Below are positions 56,520 through 64,000 of a DNA stretch of 64,000 nt, one piece after another. Numbering within the stretch: position 1 is the first letter of the stretch; each line of letters starts with the position of its first letter. A program made the position numbers and the translations under genes. The stretch is from Eledone cirrhosa. Its lineage: Eukaryota. Location: NCBI GenBank assembly GCA_964016885.1, contig OZ024742.1, positions 302,622,001 through 302,686,000 on the forward strand. The letters run 5' to 3'. The notes beneath the pieces were generated by a model. The model saw only the letters and a program-made list of their open reading frames with translations. It was not told where the DNA came from and ran no database searches.

Positions 56520-56789
56520 TTATTGTTCATTTAGCTTGGGTTTCAATTTATCAAAAAAATTATTTTCTTTGATTTTTCTCTTGATTTCACTTGGGCTGTG
56601 TAATATGTAGAATGGGAATATTATAAATATTCCCTGACCACATGTTGCTAGATGGTCACTTAGGGGTATCTGACGGACATTTGGGTTTCTGATTTGCTGT
56701 CGGTGTACCCGTGCACGTTCCGATAGTGCATTTCCAGTTTGACCGACATATAGTTCTTCACAATTCGGGCATTTAATGCAGTAAATTAA
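56520..56789 (-). pseudogene. Penelope-type GIY-YIG endonuclease domain fragment
   Basis: Hand translation, open frame: LIYCIKCPNCEELYVGQTGNALSERARVHRQQIRNPNVRQIPLSDHLATCGQGIFIIFPFYILHSPSEIKRKIKENNFFDKLKPKLNEQ*. Shows IY/YVG, catalytic R, CCHH zinc ligands and E..P.LN. Confidence 0.92.
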
Positions 56790-57112
56790 AATTTCTGCCT
56801 TTGCAGTTCATATTTGCATTTGGGAATATTTTTCCAGTTTTTGTTTTCATATATTGACCGGCGTGTATGGATTGACATGTGCCACATCGACTATCATTGG
56901 ATAGGGTCAATTAGTAGTCATTAGACATTCTCAACCAACCGTGACGCCTAAACCAATTAGCTTTAATAATCCAGTGAAACTACACACCGATTGGTCAAAA
57001 TACAGTTTGCAGGATTTAGCATTCTGGAGCCACTTTTTACTGTATATAAGGTACACAATTTACCCATCTCATTACAGTTGAAAATTGCAAACTTGACTGT
57101 CACCACACAATA

Positions 57113-57151
57113 TGAACCTGAAGATTGCGAAAGCATGAAAGTACTTGTTCA
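57113..57151 (+). ncRNA. minimal type I hammerhead, family D
   Basis: tgaac-CTGAAGA-t tgc gaaa gca t-GAAA-gtac-TT-gttca; the mirror copy at 56119-56157 (-) has a mutated core (CTAAAGA). Confidence 0.75.
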
Positions 57152-57301
57152 ATTAACACTTAACATTTAATATTCTACCATACTATTTCATTCTAATACC
57201 ATTATAAATTTTAAAGGATTGTAAATAAAACGAGTAAATCAGACAAAGTTGGAATACCTTTTATTAATATAATCTTCTATACACAATCATACACACTCGT
57301 G

Positions 57302-57383
<82 letters not shown>

Positions 57384-57617
57384 ATTACAACAGTGATATA
57401 TACATAGGTTCTCACGTCTTGTTGGGTTCTGGGCCCTAATTCATTCAGCCTGTCATGAGAAAAATAAAAACAGTTGTTGAAACGGCAAGTGCCAAGCCGT
57501 CGGGCCTCGTTTCTTTCTAATATAGTTGTACTCTACTATCCCAAATATGGAGTACTCTGTTGAATAAGGGTCTAACTAATTTAAAACTAGTTCTATTCTG
57601 ATACACATATGCATATA

Positions 57618-57695
<78 letters not shown>

Positions 57696-57704
57696 TAGAT
57701 AAAT

Positions 57705-58050
57705 ATACACGGGTGTGTATGATTGTGTATAGAAGATTATATTAATAAGAGGAATTCCAATTTTGTCTGATTTACTCGTTTTATTTACAATTCTTTAACA
57801 TTTATAATGGTATTATAATGAAATAGTATGATAGAATATTAAATGTTAAGTGTTAATTGAACAAGTACTTTCATGCTTTCGCAATCTTCAGGTTCATAAT
57901 GTGTGGTGACAGTCAAGTTTGCAATTTTCAACTGTGTTTGCAATTTTCAACATTTAATATTCTACCATACTATTTCATTATAATACCATTATACATTTTA
58001 AGGGATTGTAAATAAAACGAGTAAATCAGACAAAGTTGGAATTCCTCTTA

Positions 58051-58055
<5 letters not shown>
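57705..58055. mobile_element. second fold-back fragment of the family D Penelope pseudo-LTR, with intact-core hammerhead at 57858-57896 (-)
   Basis: 57705-57935 mirrors the end of the 56896-57305 arm; 57948-58055 re-inverts part of it. Confidence 0.8.
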
Positions 58056-58146
<91 letters not shown>

Positions 58147-58699
58147 TGTGTGTGTGTGTGTGTGTGTGTCTGTATGTGTGTGTGTGTGTCTGTATGTGTG
58201 TGTGTGTGTGTGTGTGTGCTTGAACAAATGGCATATGTTAAATGGAGAAGCATTCATTACTATAGAGGATAGAATTAAATATATTTATATAACAGTAAGT
58301 GATTCAAGTCATGACACGCTGCTAATATTCTCAGCCAGACGACAATAACAAAATATCTGTGTTTGCAATCATCAGATATACTGCAATGAAACCTATCTTC
58401 TATAAAGAAACCGTAGTTCCAATGTGTAAAATCTGTTTATCTGACATATATTTGTATATTTGCATATGTTGGTGGCGATTTGGCTGAGTCGTTAGAAAGT
58501 CGGAGTATTCTTTCCGGCTATGTACGGTTTGTCTTCAAATCTTTTCGATGTCAAATATGCCCTTCATTCTTTCGAGGTCAATAAATATATCTTCCGCTAT
58601 GTGTCTTTCGCTTTCTTTTAATCTCACGCCCCTCTTTCACTCTCTGTCCTTCTATCCCAGTAATTAAAACCATAAAAGTGTTTTCGTCCACCTATATGC

Positions 58700-58950
58700 A
58701 TTGAACCTACGTTGGTTCCGATGATAAGTGTTCCTAGTTCTTCGATCAACGGAACAACCAGCTCATGAAATTAATGAGCATGTGGGTGAGTATTCCACAG
58801 ACAAGGGTACCCTTAACGTAGTTCACAAAGAGATTCAGCGTGACACATTGTGACATACTGGTCCTCTGAAGTACAGGTACGACTCATTATTGCACTCTAA
58901 GTGGGCTGGATGAACGTGAAATAAAGAATATTGCTCAGGGACACAACGCA
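58700..58950 (-). mobile_element. SINE family 2
   Basis: cgatcaacggaac..tgaaattaa..ttccacagac..cttaacgtagtt..gattcagcgtgacaca matches 12975-13165. Confidence 0.7.
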
Positions 58951-59493
58951 CACGCAAAGACATATGTTTAAACAGAATACTCAGTATTATAATTGAACTT
59001 TTACTAATTCTATTTTTACAAAGCTCGCAGCTTCGTGAATCTCAAATCGTGAGGAAAGTAATTTCATATAATTAAACCATTTACTCTATGACTCTCTACC
59101 TTTTATTCTTTTACTGGTTTCACTCAACAAACTGCTGCCATGCTGGGACACCGCCTTAATCTATTCGATTATACCGACCCCAGTACTTATTTGTTCAAGT
59201 CTGGTAGTTATTTCATCAAACTCTTTTTTGTATGGACGAATACACGCACACACACGCGCGCGCACACACACACATACACACACGCGCGCGTGCGCACACA
59301 CACACAGGCACACAGACACACACACACGCACACACACGCCAACGGCCGCGTCTACCATATTCCAATCAGAAAGAAATGGTCAACCTGATCATGCCAGAAC
59401 TGCTTTAACTACACAACCATACCTTTATATATATATATAAGTTTATCCCGGGTTCAATCGGGGGTAACCTTTTCTATATTAAATATATATATA

Positions 59494-59562
59494 TACGGCT
59501 CGCTATATTGTTGTAAGAGACTATTTTGAGTTACTAACTCAATACATACTGATATATACTTT

Positions 59563-59596
<34 letters not shown>

Positions 59597-60361
59597 AAAG
59601 TATATATCAGTATGTATTGAGTTAGTAACTCAAAATAGTCTCTTACAACAATATAGCGAGCCGTATATTATAATAGAATATAAAGAAAAGCGAACACAGA
59701 CATCTACATATATGCGTTCAAATCGCAAGGGACCAGATTGGCTAAGGTGAAAAGAATTCTAACTATAGACAATTGGGTCTGCCTGTCTCAATTTAAGAAA
59801 AAAATCAAGAAAATAAATACAAACCGGAATTGTGGTAACTACCAATCACTCAGACAACTATTCAATTATAATATACGGCTCGGAAATATTTCTTTCTTGG
59901 AGCTATTTTGTTGTAAGAGACTATTTTGAGTTACTAACTCAATATATACCTTTGATATATTCGGCTCAGTTAACTTGTTGAGCTATTTCAAATGTCAAAT
60001 AAACCTGGCTGCTATTTTTAGTTGTGTAAGTTTGTGAGACACGCTAAGACACCATGTGCGGTATAGATATATATTGGACACTATTCAGTTACTTAATTTA
60101 CTTAGAAGTGTCTAGGATACTAATTTATCACCCACTGATGAGCATAAATTGGTAATTCTATTCTCAATTAATTTTGTGAAACAACACCAAGTTGTCTGGG
60201 TGATTGGTAGTTACCACAATTTTCTTGATTTTCTTCTTAAATTAAGACAGGCAATTGTCTATAGTTAGTATTCTTTTCACTTTAGCGAATCTGGTCCCTT
60301 GCGATTTGAACGCATATATATATATGTCTGTGTTCGTTTTTCTTTTATATTCAATTATAAT
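59494..60361 (+). mobile_element. Penelope-like remnant, family E, with multiple inversions
   Basis: 59667-59859 is the reverse complement of 60190-60361; 59494-59563 and 59595-59665 mirror each other around a TA tract and recur at 59875-59945. Confidence 0.8.
60127..60204 (+). ncRNA. canonical type I hammerhead ribozyme, family E
   Basis: Stem I atcaccca/tgggtgat (8 bp), CTGATGA 60135-60141, stem II gca..tgt, GAAA 60178-60181, stem III caac/gttg, GUC site (cut after 60196). Confidence 0.9.
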
Positions 60362-60508
60362 TATATATATATATATATATGAATTTATGTATAGTGTATT
60401 TGGCAATATACCGTATGTTTAATTAAAACATTTAGAAGACCATACACTATCAGTTTTAAAGTAGTGACTATGTCACTTACTTCTTCTCGGGGAAAGAAAT
60501 GAGAGACG

Positions 60509-60546
60509 TTGACAGTCTGTTTCACGCTGGTTGGCGTTCATCAGAG
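60509..60546 (-). ncRNA. hammerhead core lacking an evident stem I
   Basis: Minus strand: CTGATGA-acgc caacca gcgt-GAAA-cagactg-TC. Confidence 0.55.
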
Positions 60547-61269
60547 CCACACACTCCCCTGCTTCCGCCGGAAATTATAGAAGCTGGATTCTTATAGAAT
60601 TCCAGTAATAATCAGGAGCTGATTATACAGAGCGATTGCCTGTTTATATAAATATATATATGTATATATATATATGAAAAATGGCGTGCTGCGTTGTTGC
60701 AAATGGGATACATATGAATAAAATTAGAGCAAGAAGACAGGACTGTCCGTCATCAGTGATCTTCCAGTCATCATCGGTATTTCTTCGCATCAAAGACCAT
60801 ATACCTCCGGAGGGTGCGAGCAATAACTAAAAAAAGTTATTGGGACAGGTAGAATTGGGTGGAGAAGCGAGACATGTAAAGAAACAGAGATGGTAAGGCA
60901 ACGGAAAGAGAGGAAGATGAGAGACAAGTCCGTGATATCTGTGAACTTAAGTTCGAGCAAATCGTGGACGAGGAGAAAAAGACGCGTCCAGACCCTGTGA
61001 AATGTGAGCGAGAAAAGGATTTCACACCGGTCAGACGGGAGGAATTGAGAGAGGGGAGTAGCAGAGAGCGAGTGAGTGAAAGTGTGGGGAAGAGGCCAGC
61101 CGAGAGAGGGTGACTGGCAGAGGGGGTGAATGAAAGTAAGAGATACAAGGAGAGAGAAAGAGGATAACAGTAAGAAAGAAACAAACTGATCACAGCGGAG
61201 GGAAAAATATAAATGAAAAATGGCGTGCTACGTTGTTGCAAATGGGATATATATATATGGGATATAAAT

Positions 61270-61330
<61 letters not shown>

Positions 61331-61336
<6 letters not shown>

Positions 61337-61450
61337 TAATATAGAAATGGCTTCTACAGAACCAGAACTGTTTCATTCGATCGAAATCACGAGGAAATAT
61401 CTTGAGTACCTTACTTACTGTGGTTATCCCCGATTGAACCCGGGAAAAAC
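61331..61450 (-). mobile_element. family A Penelope-like remnant with degenerate hammerhead
   Basis: Joins the 2961-3009 segment to a family A hammerhead with core CTCGTGA. Confidence 0.7.
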
Positions 61451-61667
61451 ACAGACACGCATACACACATACACACACACATATATATATATACACACAC
61501 ACACACACATATATATACATATACACACACACATATATATATATATATAAATATATATATAAAATGTGAGAGTAAGAATGAAAAACATTATAAAAAGGGA
61601 AAAAAAGACACCAAAAAATAAACATTGTAGATAGGGACATTTGAAGAAAAGAAGTCACACGACATTG

Positions 61668-61668
61668 A

Positions 61669-61725
<57 letters not shown>

Positions 61726-61765
61726 GCTGCTGCTACTGCTGCTGCTGCTACTACTACTGCCACTA
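61668..61765. repeat. (CTA)n/(CTG)n microsatellite
   Basis: Direct reading. Confidence 0.95.
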
Positions 61766-61866
61766 TTACTTCTGCTTATCTTCTACAATTTACTATTTAA
61801 AAAAAATAAATTTAAGATGAGAAAATATTCTATGCGAGAATATATATCTATATCTATATATATATA

Positions 61867-61900
<34 letters not shown>

Positions 61901-61914
61901 TGTATGTATATATA

Positions 61915-61971
<57 letters not shown>

Positions 61972-62213
61972 AGAAAACCCGCAGGGAAGCAGTTTCTGAA
62001 TTTACTTCATGTTAATCGAACAAAAGCATGATTTTACTGAAAACAAAATACAAAAACAGAAGCAACATTTATATACACATTTATTTTCCATAAACAATAC
62101 TACATATAGAAATAACAAATAAGACGATATACACATCGCGCACACACGTACATCTACACACATACACACACACATATATATATATATGTGTATGTATACA
62201 TACATATATGTAT

Positions 62214-62308
<95 letters not shown>

Positions 62309-62469
62309 CATACACACACAGATACAAATATGGGGGGATACATATTCATATCACACAGGCAGGAACACACATAGATATGTAATGGAATTAAAAAAACAAT
62401 ATAGGTATTAACGTATATTTATCTATGTGTGTAAGTTTATTTAGCACATAAGTGTATGCCAATAACACA

Positions 62470-64000
62470 CACACACACATACATGTATATGTATAAATAT
62501 ATATACACAGACACATACATGTATATGTATAAATATATATACACAGACACATACATGAATATGTATAAATATATATACACAGACACATACATGAATATGT
62601 ATAAATATATATACACAGACACATACATGAATATGTATAAATATATATACACAGACACATACATGTATATGTATAAATATATATACACAGACACATACAT
62701 GAATATGTATAAATATATATACACAGACACATACATGAATATGTATAAATATATATACACAGACACATACATGTATATGTATAAATATATATACACAGAC
62801 ACATACATGTATATGTATAAATATATATACACAGACACATACATGTATATGTATAAATATATACATACACAGACACATACATGTATATGTATAAATATAT
62901 ATACACAGACACATACATGTATATGTATAAATATATATACACAGACACATACATGAATATGTATAAATATATATACACAGACACATACATGAATATGTAT
63001 AAATATATATACACAGACACATACATGAATATGTATAAATATATATACACAGACACATACATGAATATGTATAAATATATATACACAGACACATACATGT
63101 ATATGTATAAATATATATACACAGACACATACATGTATATGTATAAATATATATACACACACACATACATGAATATGTATAAATATATATACACAGACAC
63201 ATACATGTATATGTATAAATATATATACACAGACACATACATGTATATGTATAAATATATATACACAGACACATACATGTATATGTATAAATATATATAC
63301 ACAGACACATACATGTATATGTATAAATATATATACACAGACACATACATGTATATGTATAAATATATATACACAGACACATACATGAATATGTATAAAT
63401 ATATATACACAGACACATACATGAATATGTATAAATATATATACACAGACACATACATGAATATGTATAAATATATATACACAGACACATACATGAATAT
63501 GTATAAATATATATACACAGACACATACATGTATATGTATAAATATATATACACAGACACATACATGTATATGTATAAATATATACATACACAGACACAT
63601 ACATGTATATGTATAAATATATATATACAGACACATACATGTATATGTATAAATATATATACACAGACACATACATGTATATGTATAAATATATATACAC
63701 AGACACATACATGAATATGTATAAATATATATACACAGACACATACATGAATATGTATAAATATATATACACAGACACATACATGAATATGTATAAATAT
63801 ATATACACAGACACATACATGAATATGTATAAATATATATACACAGACACATACATGAATATGTATAAATATATATACACAGACACATACATGAATATGT
63901 ATAAATATATATACACAGACACATACATGTATATGTATAAATATATATACACAGACACATACATGAATATGTATAAATATATATACACAGACACATACAT
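62470..64000. repeat. 36-bp minisatellite, more than 40 copies, running off the window end
   Basis: Unit acacagacacatacatg(t/a)atatgtataaatatatat. Confidence 0.97.

Larger units (their letters stand above)
56006..57305 (-). mobile_element. 5'-truncated Penelope-like retroelement with about 370-bp inverted pseudo-LTRs
   Basis: 56006-56373 and 56896-57264 are reverse complements enclosing a GIY-YIG coding fragment; each arm carries a hammerhead motif. Confidence 0.9.

Noticed and set aside
60837-61763. 308-aa ORF
   Set aside because: Chance frame through (TAG)n, TA repeats and CT-rich element sequence.

Overview
Eukaryotic, AT-rich, repeat-saturated window with no recognisable host protein-coding gene. 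The SINE families and the extreme (TA)n/(CA)n content suggest a cephalopod (Octopus-like) genome; this is an inference. Large mobile elements: a decayed full-length Tx1/L1-clade LINE (6805-12483, +) sitting in a (TCTA)n tract; a near-intact RTE LINE (20672-23967, -); an apparently intact CR1/Jockey-group LINE (~25240-30231, +) with an unusual Myb/SANT-polyQ-2xCCCH ORF1 and a candidate -1 frameshift into ORF2; and a Buster/Charlie hAT transposon with TIRs and a perfect 8-bp TSD (42430-44779). There is also a CRE-like RLE retrotransposon fragment, many SINEs/MITEs, minisatellites and a 200-N gap. The main signal missed by the ORF track: short islands inside (TA)n tracts carry about 15 complete or near-complete type I hammerhead ribozyme motifs from at least 6 sequence families. 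Most lie in inverted (fold-back) arrangements, several show stem covariation, and one is physically linked to a Penelope GIY-YIG endonuclease fragment (56520-56789, -). Inversion junctions repeatedly fall inside the ribozymes. All folding and alignments were done by eye; almost all other ORFs in the track are microsatellite or antisense artefacts.
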